27,859 nt of DNA from a virus. Its lineage: Duplodnaviria > Caudoviricetes. The translations under genes and the position numbers were made by a program. The notes below the pieces were generated by a model. That model saw nothing but the letters and a program-made list of their open reading frames with translations. It searched no databases and had not been told where the DNA came from. How positions within the stretch are numbered: the first letter of the stretch is position 1; each line of letters starts with the position of its first letter. The stretch is taken from the IMG/VR virus record IMGVR_UViG_3300033433_000028, positions 1 to 27,859 of that record, one strand, 5' to 3'. Shown piece by piece: positions 16,447 through 24,854 of this stretch.

Positions 16447-17682
16447 ATGCCGAATATCATCAAAGACGCGCAGAGGATCGATAAGGCCCTCATCATCGGC
16501 AGCATCAAGAAAACCGACGACGGATATTTGCAGGGCAACGCCGTTGTTGCTCGCTCCGGAATCCTCGAATACTACGAAAACGGAAAAGTGGTCCGCGAGC
16601 TCGTGACGGATGAAGAGCTCGCCAAAGCCGATTCTCTCCTGACCCTCAAAATGAAGCCTGTCACGAATGGACACCCCTCGGTTAAGGTTGTTACCTCCCA
16701 AAACGTGAAACAGTTTCAAGTCGGATTCACGGGTGAAAATGTTGTCTGCGAAGACGGTCGCCTGGTTACCCCGATCACGATAAACGACAATGTTGCCATC
16801 ACCGATGTCGAGGCCAACAAACGCAGGCAGCTTTCCTGCGGGTATATCTGCGACGAGATCGAAGAGCCTGGCGAATGGAACGGACAGCCCTACGACCGCA
16901 AGCAGACGAACCGCCGATACAACCACGTCGCCCTCTGTGACCATGCCCGCGCCGGTTCGGTCGCGTCGCTTCACCTCGACGCCTCCGACGTTTACGAATG
17001 TGGAGAGCCGGATTTTAAAGAAAACAAGAAACAAAATAAAATCGACAATCAACCTCAGAAAAGGAGCAGACCCATGCCCGTTACAATAAAAATTGATGGA
17101 ATCGACTACCCGGAGCAGGCCCCGGAAGTGGCAAAGAGAATCGAAAAGCTCGATGCCGATATCAAAACGGCCCAGGCGGCGACAGCGGCAATCCAGACGA
17201 AGCTCGACGCAATGACCGCCGACCGCGATGCGACGAAAGTCAAGCTCGATGCGGCCAATGTGGAGATCGCGACGTTCCCCACAAAAGTCGTGACCGCCTC
17301 GAAGGCCCGCGCCGATCTCGTTGCGATCGCAAAGCCACATCTCGACAAAGCGGACCAGGAAAAGATCGATACGTTGACCGATGCCCAGATCAAGAAGGCC
17401 GTCGCCCTGAAAGCCTTCCCGGCCAGCAAGGTTAAAATCGACGCGGTCAAGGAAGACGCTCTCGATGCCGTCAACACCTGGTTCGACGCAGCAATCGAAC
17501 ACCTGAAAAACGATGTCATCGATACGGCTGCCCGGCAGAACCGGCAGGATTCCGTAGGTGTCGACAAGGTCCACGTCGACGGTTGCCAATGCGACGCCTG
17601 CGCGAATGCGGGAAAATCCGAGGACATCAATGAGCATTGGAAAAAGAACAAAGAGGATTCGTTCGCAAAAAAAGGTAAGTAG
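16447..17682 (+). CDS. Prohead protease/scaffold protein (DUF2213-like)
   Basis: DGYL, ARSGILEY, PVTNGHP, QLSCGY and NHVAL..HARAG motifs; Ala/Lys-rich coiled-coil C-terminal half. Confidence 0.9.
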   Translation: MPNIIKDAQRIDKALIIGSIKKTDDGYLQGNAVVARSGILEYYENGKVVRELVTDEELAKADSLLTLKMKPVTNGHPSVKVVTSQNVKQFQVGFTGENVVCEDGRLVTPITINDNVAITDVEANKRRQLSCGYICDEIEEPGEWNGQPYDRKQTNRRYNHVALCDHARAGSVASLHLDASDVYECGEPDFKENKKQNKIDNQPQKRSRPMPVTIKIDGIDYPEQAPEVAKRIEKLDADIKTAQAATAAIQTKLDAMTADRDATKVKLDAANVEIATFPTKVVTASKARADLVAIAKPHLDKADQEKIDTLTDAQIKKAVALKAFPASKVKIDAVKEDALDAVNTWFDAAIEHLKNDVIDTAARQNRQDSVGVDKVHVDGCQCDACANAGKSEDINEHWKKNKEDSFAKKGK

Positions 17683-17753
17683 GACCGGACACTAAAACCA
17701 GGAACAAGAACTTTAACTAATAGCAATAGAAACCTTAAAAGGAGTGATATAAA

Positions 17754-18578
17754 ATGAACATCCCTCAAACATCTTACGCGATGTACTTCACCCAGGCAAT
17801 TCTCGGAATGCAGGCGCTGGCCTCCGAAGTTGCGCGAAAAATTTCCCGCACGGCTGCCGGCATTATCTATTACGGCCGGGCCGTGATCCAGAGCCGATTG
17901 TATGACAGCGTGTGCCGCCTCCCGCGGGCGAATAAATTTACCATCACGGTCACCGGCTCGACGATGAGCGCCGGCAGCATGGTTTCCGCTATCACACATG
18001 GAACCATCGCAAACGGCGAGGTTGCGGCCAGCACGTCCATAACCACGGTCACTACCGCTTTCACCTCCAACCTTGCAAACACGATGATCCAGCATGCTGC
18101 CGATATCGCAGCAGCTATGGAGGACTGCTTTACGTGCGTGCGATCATCCGCAACAATCGTTTATATTGGCGATTGTGAGGATATTACAGCAGTCACGACA
18201 TCATTTACCAGTCCCGGCTCCGGCGACGATGCCGCGGCGACCGCAGCAATCACGACCGCCGATGTAGCCGCCGACCTTCTTGGCCTCGCATACTTGACCC
18301 ATAACCGCCAACAGCAGTTGACCACCGGCTACACCTATTTCGAGGACAAGGAGCCGGTCAACATTTGTCAGGGTGGAACGATTTGGGTTTATGGCGAGGA
18401 AGCATTCGGCCCTGCAGATGCGCTATACGTCCGACTGATAACCAATAGCACCAAGTACGCGGGCTACATCGGGAAATCAAGCGACTCCTCGAAATGCGTG
18501 GCCCTTACCGGCGCAAAGGCGGGGACAACAATCTCAGCAGCCGGAATTGTGCCGGTCACGGTCAACTGGCCTCAGTAA
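17754..18578 (+). CDS. Putative capsid cement/decoration protein
   Basis: Lies between protease and capsid genes; I.YGRAV and VNICQGGTIWV...LYVR motifs; Ala/Thr-rich central insert. Confidence 0.7.
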   Translation: MNIPQTSYAMYFTQAILGMQALASEVARKISRTAAGIIYYGRAVIQSRLYDSVCRLPRANKFTITVTGSTMSAGSMVSAITHGTIANGEVAASTSITTVTTAFTSNLANTMIQHAADIAAAMEDCFTCVRSSATIVYIGDCEDITAVTTSFTSPGSGDDAAATAAITTADVAADLLGLAYLTHNRQQQLTTGYTYFEDKEPVNICQGGTIWVYGEEAFGPADALYVRLITNSTKYAGYIGKSSDSSKCVALTGAKAGTTISAAGIVPVTVNWPQ

Positions 18579-18650
18579 TCAAACCGGAAAGCGTGGATAT
18601 TAAAAACAAGAACCATTAACAAAATGAAAATTTAACAAAAGAGGTCAAAT

Positions 18651-19742
18651 ATGCCTTTCAAAATCATCAAAGTCGACGGACAGAACCGGACGGTCAGGGA
18701 CTTCGACCGCGTTGGCGGCGCAAAGTTCGCAATGGATGCCATTGACGCAAATCTTTCGGTGTTCTTCCAACGCCAGTTGGAATTCATCGAAAACGACCTG
18801 AACTTCGTCGAGTACGGCGAGCTCAAGTCGTTCAAACACATTCCCATCGAATCGCGCGGCGGCGACAACCTGTGGTACACCTGGCGCTTGTTCGACAAGG
18901 TCGGCAAGTGGAAAATCAGCGGTGAAGACGCGGACGACGTTCCGGAAGTCAACATTATGGGCGCCGAATTGCCGGTCCCGATCCGCTGGCTGACCGGCGG
19001 GTTCAAGTACAACATCAAGGAGCTCCAGAACGGCAAACAGGCGTCGGCAAACTATCCGAACCAGCCCTCTCTCCAGATCGAGCTCCAGAAGGCAAAGGCA
19101 TGCTATGAGGCATATCAACAGCTCGTCGACCAGATTGCCTGGTTTGCCGATCCCGCGTCCAAGGAATACGCGGGCCTCACCGGCGTGTTCTACAATTCGT
19201 ATATCAGCACGGTCGCCGCGGCTGCCGGTACGCATAACTCCAATACCAAAACGAACTGGTTCAACAGTTCCGGAGTTGTGCAGAAAGACCCGCTCGACAT
19301 TCTCGCCGACCTGAACGCGATGCTGACCTACATCTGCAACATTACCCTTGACCGGTATGCCGCGGACACGATCCTCATGCCCATCTGGCATTATAACGCC
19401 CTCGTCAATACGCCTCTGTCATCAGCGTATCCGCTGCTCACGATTATGCAGCGGTTCCGCGAAGACCATCCTGAGATCAAGATGGTCGATAAGCTCGTGA
19501 ACGCCGAGAGCGTACCTGCCGGCGGAAACATCGCGACCGCGAGCGACATTATCCTCGCGTACAAGAAGGACCCGGATGTCTGCAAGCTGGTTCTTCCCCG
19601 GACGTATACGATGATGCCCGTCCAGGAACGAGGGTTCAACTACATCGTTCCGTGCTACGCGACGACCGCGGGCGTGATCACGAAGAAACCGAAAGCGATG
19701 TGCATGCTCACCGGGACGTCCCTGGCACATGTCGGATCGTAA
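18651..19742 (+). CDS. Major capsid protein (DUF2184-like, HK97 fold)
   Basis: FFQRQLEFIE, DVPEV, YNIKELQ, AADTILMP, AYKKDP and TAGV motifs; size and position. Confidence 0.9.
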   Translation: MPFKIIKVDGQNRTVRDFDRVGGAKFAMDAIDANLSVFFQRQLEFIENDLNFVEYGELKSFKHIPIESRGGDNLWYTWRLFDKVGKWKISGEDADDVPEVNIMGAELPVPIRWLTGGFKYNIKELQNGKQASANYPNQPSLQIELQKAKACYEAYQQLVDQIAWFADPASKEYAGLTGVFYNSYISTVAAAAGTHNSNTKTNWFNSSGVVQKDPLDILADLNAMLTYICNITLDRYAADTILMPIWHYNALVNTPLSSAYPLLTIMQRFREDHPEIKMVDKLVNAESVPAGGNIATASDIILAYKKDPDVCKLVLPRTYTMMPVQERGFNYIVPCYATTAGVITKKPKAMCMLTGTSLAHVGS

Positions 19743-19769
19743 CCGAAAGGACGGTATAAGGCGAATGTA

Positions 19770-19798
19770 GCGGGCGGCAAAAGGACCGCCCGCGTTTT
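19770..19798 (+). terminator. Terminator after the major capsid gene
   Basis: GCGGGCGG/CCGCCCGC perfect 8-bp stem followed by GTTTT. Confidence 0.65.
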
Positions 19799-19824
19799 AA
19801 AACTCAAATCAAACGGAGGATCTC

Positions 19825-20292
19825 ATGATTATCAATCGCAGGACCCCGAACGATCACCAGATCGAGGGTTTCACGTTTCACCCCGGCGCCCAGTTCGTCG
19901 CCGACGATTTCTATCGCTCCAAACTCGAAAAAAACACCGATTTCAAAGCGCAACTTAAGGCGCGGCTCATGGTCATCGATGAGCCGCCGGAAGAGTTGTC
20001 GAAGGACCTACTCAAACCCGGCAAGGAAGGCAAGCTCCCTGATGTGAAAAAATCACTGGCCGAAACAGTTGTCGCGCTTCCGGAAGAGCGGGCGATCGCG
20101 ATAATTCGAGACATCGTCGACGGCAAGGACCTTAAAGAAATCATTCGGCTCGACAAGCGGAGCAAGGTCGTCGAGGCTGCGGAAAAACAGATCGAGGAGC
20201 GACAAGGAACAATGGACGGCATGGCTCCGAAGCTCCCGAAAACGCATCCCGGAAACATGGTTATCAACGATCCGAACAAGGACATGGATTAA
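19825..20292 (+). CDS. Hypothetical head-associated protein
   Basis: GGAGG RBS; position between the capsid and connector genes. Confidence 0.75.
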   Translation: MIINRRTPNDHQIEGFTFHPGAQFVADDFYRSKLEKNTDFKAQLKARLMVIDEPPEELSKDLLKPGKEGKLPDVKKSLAETVVALPEERAIAIIRDIVDGKDLKEIIRLDKRSKVVEAAEKQIEERQGTMDGMAPKLPKTHPGNMVINDPNKDMD

Positions 20293-20684
20293 TGAGCGTT
20301 TCCGCACTCATCGTCGCGATTGCGCCTGCGTATGCAGCCGACACGCGGCTTGCCACCTTTACGACGATCGCAACGGGGCAAACAAGCAGGGCGCGGTTCG
20401 GGGAAAATTACGAATACGCGATCGCGCTGCGAGTTTGTCACATGATCGCGCGCAACCCGATAGCCGGTCCGGGGACTTCCGGAGCCGTTACCAGCGCTAC
20501 GGAAAAAAGTGTTTCGCAATCGTATTCGGTTCCGCAGGATTTGCAAAAACGGTACGGGGATCTGTGCAGTACTCCCTACGGCGCGCAGTTGGCGGGTTTG
20601 ATCGACGGGAATATTGTCGCGCATCTTGCGGTCGGGGGTGGCGGAACGGATACGCTGGCCGGAAATCAGGGAAACGACATATGA
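20292..20684 (+). CDS. Head-tail connector protein (DUF4054-like)
   Basis: ALRVCHM, GAVTSATEKSVSQSY and STPYG motifs. Confidence 0.85.
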   Translation: MSVSALIVAIAPAYAADTRLATFTTIATGQTSRARFGENYEYAIALRVCHMIARNPIAGPGTSGAVTSATEKSVSQSYSVPQDLQKRYGDLCSTPYGAQLAGLIDGNIVAHLAVGGGGTDTLAGNQGNDI

Positions 20685-20685
20685 T

Positions 20686-21219
20686 ATGTTGCGGGCCAAA
20701 GTTGAAATCATCGAGAAGGATACCGGATATAGCAAACTGAAAGACGCATTGCTCCGGTTGTCGGGTGGATATGTCAAGGTGGGATTTCCCGAGGGCAAAG
20801 CGCCGGGAAGTCCGGGCGATCCGGGGAAGGCCAGGAAAAAAGGTAAGCCGAAAAAACCCTGGGACAATATGAGCGAAGTGGCTCGCGTCGCCACTTGGAA
20901 TGAGTTCGGAGTCCCGGCAAAAAACATTCCGTCGAGGCCATATTTTAGAGAAGCCGTTGACGGAAATCGGGAAGCGCTCAAGGAATTTAAGGGTGATATT
21001 TATAAGCAGGTTTTACAGGGGAAAATTACTCCCCACCAAGCGCTCGAATTGATCGGACTCTGGATGCAAAACAAAATCAGGGAATCGATTTTAAAGGGAG
21101 GTTGGATTGCAAATGCGGAAAGAACGAAGCGGGCCAAGGACTCGACAAGGCCGCTTATCGATACCGGGCAAATGATTAATTCTTTGAATTTTGTAAATAG
21201 CCTGACGAAAGAAAAATAA
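20686..21219 (+). CDS. Neck/tail completion protein
   Basis: VKVGFPE, ATWNEFG..NIPSRPYFR and PLIDTGQMINS motifs; start reassigned to 20686. Confidence 0.85.
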   Translation: MLRAKVEIIEKDTGYSKLKDALLRLSGGYVKVGFPEGKAPGSPGDPGKARKKGKPKKPWDNMSEVARVATWNEFGVPAKNIPSRPYFREAVDGNREALKEFKGDIYKQVLQGKITPHQALELIGLWMQNKIRESILKGGWIANAERTKRAKDSTRPLIDTGQMINSLNFVNSLTKEK

Positions 21220-21560
21220 TGCTTTTCTTCTGCAATAGAACTCTGAACTGCAAGTCCTTCCTCGAAGGAACGCTCGACCATGGCATATATACACCTGGGG
21301 CGTCGATCGCCTTTACCATTCAGGCCGGGGTCCAGGAAGTAACGCCGCAGGAACTTGCCTTGCTTGACGAGGGCAAGCGGACGAAGAAAAGCGCTTATCT
21401 CATAACCAATTCAGAACTTCGCCTGGCGACGCAAACAACGAAAGCGGACCAAGTTGAAATAGATAGTGAATGGTACGAAGTTGAATCGAAAGCAAAATGC
21501 GCGAGCGACGTGATAAACCACATGGAGTACATTGCGCTTAAAATCGAGAATCCTGTATGA
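21219..21560 (+). CDS. Head-closure/head-tail adaptor protein
   Basis: IQAGVQ..LDEGKR..ADQVEIDSEWYEV pattern; gene order. Confidence 0.75.
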   Translation: MLFFCNRTLNCKSFLEGTLDHGIYTPGASIAFTIQAGVQEVTPQELALLDEGKRTKKSAYLITNSELRLATQTTKADQVEIDSEWYEVESKAKCASDVINHMEYIALKIENPV

Positions 21561-21598
21561 TAACTATTGCGATTTTAAATTTATAAAGGAGCCATATC

Positions 21599-22207
21599 AT
21601 GGACAAATCTTTCGTTCGGGATGCCTTTTCCGGTCTCTATACTCCCGGCAATTCGGGAAAGGACATCATCAAACCCAAAGGGGTTTTCGTCTTCGAATAT
21701 CTGGACAAAACGGGAAAATTGCTATGGAAAGACGCCATCAACAACACCATCATGGACCTCGGCGCGAACCTGATGCTCAATCAATGTTTCGGGGCCGCGC
21801 AGAATGCGGCCTATTTCATGGGCCTCATATCGAGCGTCGGATATACCGGGATCCCCGTCGTCGGCGATACGATGTCATCGCATGCCTCATCGAACCATGT
21901 ATGGGTCGAAGCGGGTAACGGCAGCAACTATCCCAACTGGTCGACGCCGGCCTCCAATGCACGCGCAACTCTCGCATGGAGCGCGGCAGCAGCTCGCGCG
22001 AAAGCGCTTTCCTCGGCGGCGGCGTTCACCTTCGCCACAAATGGCGGGACCGTGAAAGGCGCGTTCATCGTGACCGGGTCCGGCGCCGTGGCCACGAATA
22101 ACGACACGAACGGAACTCTTTTCTGCGCCGGTGTTTTTTCCGGCGGCGACCAGGTGGTTTCGGTCGGCGGAACATTGAGCGTATCGTATTCGGTGACGTT
22201 GTCATAA
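21599..22207 (+). CDS. Putative virion structural protein (Gly/Ala/Thr-rich, beta-rich)
   Basis: AAGGAG RBS; C-terminal TVKGAF...GTLF.AG.F...V..G.TLSVSY motif recurrent in phage structural regions. Confidence 0.65.
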   Translation: MDKSFVRDAFSGLYTPGNSGKDIIKPKGVFVFEYLDKTGKLLWKDAINNTIMDLGANLMLNQCFGAAQNAAYFMGLISSVGYTGIPVVGDTMSSHASSNHVWVEAGNGSNYPNWSTPASNARATLAWSAAAARAKALSSAAAFTFATNGGTVKGAFIVTGSGAVATNNDTNGTLFCAGVFSGGDQVVSVGGTLSVSYSVTLS

Positions 22208-22272
22208 GGTTATTAAAAAGGCGGCGATCTTCATTTCCCGGATCGCCGTCGCATTTCCGCGAGGTGAATTGA

Positions 22273-22374
22273 ATGAAAAAAATCCTCGGAATCATCATCG
22301 GGGCTCTTTTCGTTTACGGACTGTCCTGGATTTTCGGACTGGTCATCGCCAGTATGCAAATCGCAAATTATTGA
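22273..22374 (+). CDS. Small hydrophobic membrane peptide (33 aa)
   Basis: GAGGTG RBS; MKKILGIIIGALFVYGLSWIFGLVIASMQIANY; below the ORF-track cutoff. Confidence 0.55.
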   Translation: MKKILGIIIGALFVYGLSWIFGLVIASMQIANY

Positions 22375-22404
22375 GAATATAAAATAATCGTAAGGGAGAA
22401 GGAA

Positions 22405-24270
22405 ATGAAAAAAGAATTATTGGGATTGGCTCTCATATTGATGATATCGACCGTGTGGCCTACAGATACATTGAGATTTATTGACGTAGCGAACACAACC
22501 GGTACAAACACAGGGCGCGACCCTGATAATGCCTGGAAATATATTGACAGCATAAACCGACCTATACCCGCCCCCTTTCGGTGCTACATTTTGGGAAATG
22601 CCGGTGCTACCCCGAGCGCAACCATTACCACTGCTGGAACGTCAAGTTGGCAGCAAAACTTATCCTATTATTCATTATGGCCGCGAGATACTCTCAAAAT
22701 ATCTGGCAACATAGTTAATGGATCAAATATAATTTCGAATGCTGATCGACCCTTAATTCTTGAAATATTTGCGTCAAGGAACATTCGAAATAACTCCCAT
22801 ACTGAAAAGGCGTTCGTGGTAACCGCTATCGCAGCTTTATTGCCATGTGCATCAACGACCGTAAATTTTGCTGTTGGACGAAATGTCCTTGGAAAAACCT
22901 CCGGGGCAAAGGGGAAAATACAAAAATATGTGTCAGATAGTTTATGGGTCGTTGTTTTATCAGGCACATTTGTAGACGGTGAGTGGATTTTTTCCGCCAA
23001 TGCCACAACTTATGCCAAAGATTCGGTAAACGGGGCTGGCATCGCCGGGACCGTTGACCTTGACAATGGACTCGTGATCAACGAAAAATATCCATATGCC
23101 ACTACTACCGGTGCGGCCTTTACTATTGATCGCGATGCCGGATATGACGAAGCCCACGCCCTGAACGATGCTGCATGGACTATGAAAATTGCCGACATGG
23201 ACGCAAGGACGGATTCACTGTTTAAAATCACATTTACTGGTACAAACCAACTCGTCCACGCTACAGGTTCGACGGTCCTGCAAGGACTTTATGTCACGGG
23301 AAGCACCAACAGCAGCGGGCAGATTTTAGACTATTCTGCTTGCGGATTGTTGAGATATATAATTGTCAAGCAAACGGCGACCGGGCCGGGTGTACATTTA
23401 TATTTGGGCAACTCATCTTCCATTACAAATTTTATTGGTATTGGAGCAACAGCGACTACTGCCCCTCTTTACCTTGACAATACCGCGCTTCAACGCATTG
23501 AAAATAGCGCCGTATACGCCGGGGCGGGATATGGAGTAAATGGAACCGGGGGTAGTAAATTTGTGAATTTTAATTCCGGTGTGGACTTGAATAACGTGGA
23601 CTACGACATCCAGAATCAGAGCGGGCGTATTCGGGGGCTTGATATCCTTTGTGACGGCAAGGGAGCTGGTACACTACGAGCACCTTCTTATGATTCGAAA
23701 GACAATACAACAGAAATGCAAAATTGGCAGCGGGTATTCGGACAAAATTTGACCCGGATACATAACGGGTGGATCACTCAACTTTATGTCGGAGCCGCTA
23801 CTGATCCTGTTAAGCGGGCTGGAGGCTCTGATATAATAATGCAGATTACTCAGAGCGAGGACGTGAAATATCAAGTTATGACTGAGGATTTATATCGTGT
23901 AATTTGGGAGACTCATTTTTATGATACCAACACGACAGGTTTTGATACAGTGAGATTTTATTTCCAAAACAATGGTTTTGGAAATATCAATGCCAATGAT
24001 ACGAATTCAGCTCAATTTTATCTAAAAATATATTATCCCGATACCTATACCGATTCTACCAATTACGCTATTAGCTGGCACCAAGGTACTTGCAATTCAC
24101 ATCCAATACCTAACCGGGCAAGTACTTCCGATTGGGATTATTTACAACATGTTTGGGCACCGAAAGCAAAGGGTGATGTGATTTTCCAAATTTGCATGAA
24201 GCAACTTTTCAACGCTACGGCAAAAATTTACCTTGATCAAAAATACGAAGTTATTCATCAAATCCCTTAA
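22405..24270 (+). CDS. Large hypothetical protein with N-terminal signal peptide (621 aa), probably beta-rich
   Basis: MKK plus hydrophobic LLGLALILMISTVWP; rich in Gly/Asn/Thr; strong purine-rich RBS. Confidence 0.75.
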   Translation: MKKELLGLALILMISTVWPTDTLRFIDVANTTGTNTGRDPDNAWKYIDSINRPIPAPFRCYILGNAGATPSATITTAGTSSWQQNLSYYSLWPRDTLKISGNIVNGSNIISNADRPLILEIFASRNIRNNSHTEKAFVVTAIAALLPCASTTVNFAVGRNVLGKTSGAKGKIQKYVSDSLWVVVLSGTFVDGEWIFSANATTYAKDSVNGAGIAGTVDLDNGLVINEKYPYATTTGAAFTIDRDAGYDEAHALNDAAWTMKIADMDARTDSLFKITFTGTNQLVHATGSTVLQGLYVTGSTNSSGQILDYSACGLLRYIIVKQTATGPGVHLYLGNSSSITNFIGIGATATTAPLYLDNTALQRIENSAVYAGAGYGVNGTGGSKFVNFNSGVDLNNVDYDIQNQSGRIRGLDILCDGKGAGTLRAPSYDSKDNTTEMQNWQRVFGQNLTRIHNGWITQLYVGAATDPVKRAGGSDIIMQITQSEDVKYQVMTEDLYRVIWETHFYDTNTTGFDTVRFYFQNNGFGNINANDTNSAQFYLKIYYPDTYTDSTNYAISWHQGTCNSHPIPNRASTSDWDYLQHVWAPKAKGDVIFQICMKQLFNATAKIYLDQKYEVIHQIP

Positions 24271-24278
24271 GGATAACC

Positions 24279-24854
24279 ATGGAAAAAATACTGATTTTTA
24301 TACTTGGTATTGTGTCATTGGTGGCCTCGACGGATATTTGGTATGATGGTATGCCCCAAATACCCGGAACCGACACGACCGGGAATGTATGGTATAACGG
24401 CATGCCGCAAATACAACATTATGGCGGCGGGGGGACAAATCCGCGTCTCAAATGGCAGGGCGGAATCTCCGCCAACGCCGCGACAGCTGGAAATTATTAT
24501 CCCGCGCGCGTCCCGACCATCACCGACACCCTATATTTGGATTCCGGCGTAGTCAATTGGGTAATGTCGTCCGTCCTGTCCGTAGGACATTTAAAAATCC
24601 ATAGCGGGTATACGGGCACGGTGAAATATAACGATACCCTGCATGTCAATTATCTCGGCATTCATGCGGACAGTTCCCTATTCACCATGCCGGTAATCGT
24701 GCGGGACTCGGTGGTCTATGACAGTACATCGATTCCAATCGGGCAACCCGGCGGCAGAATACAATCCGTCGCCGGCTATACGCTGACGATCAAACCTACC
24801 AATAAAACAGGGTATCCCCGTGTCGTAAATAAGGGCAAAATCAGATGGCAATAA
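24279..24854 (+). CDS. Hypothetical protein with signal-peptide-like N-terminus (191 aa)
   Basis: MEKILIFILGIVSLVAS; duplicated W-Y-(D/N)-G-M-P-Q-I motif; AAGGA RBS. Confidence 0.7.
   Translation: MEKILIFILGIVSLVASTDIWYDGMPQIPGTDTTGNVWYNGMPQIQHYGGGGTNPRLKWQGGISANAATAGNYYPARVPTITDTLYLDSGVVNWVMSSVLSVGHLKIHSGYTGTVKYNDTLHVNYLGIHADSSLFTMPVIVRDSVVYDSTSIPIGQPGGRIQSVAGYTLTIKPTNKTGYPRVVNKGKIRWQ

Noticed and set aside
16426-17637. 403-aa minus-strand ORF (also 17106-18095, 18645-19391, 26742-27593 and other long antisense ORFs)
   Set aside because: They overlap well-supported + strand structural genes and have no recognisable motifs. They are antisense shadows of biased codon usage.
22215-22256. Hairpin GGCGGCGATC/GATCGCCGTC as a + strand terminator
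   Set aside because: The stem is real but has no proper downstream T-tract. It may be a minus-strand terminator or a stabilising hairpin, so it was not called.
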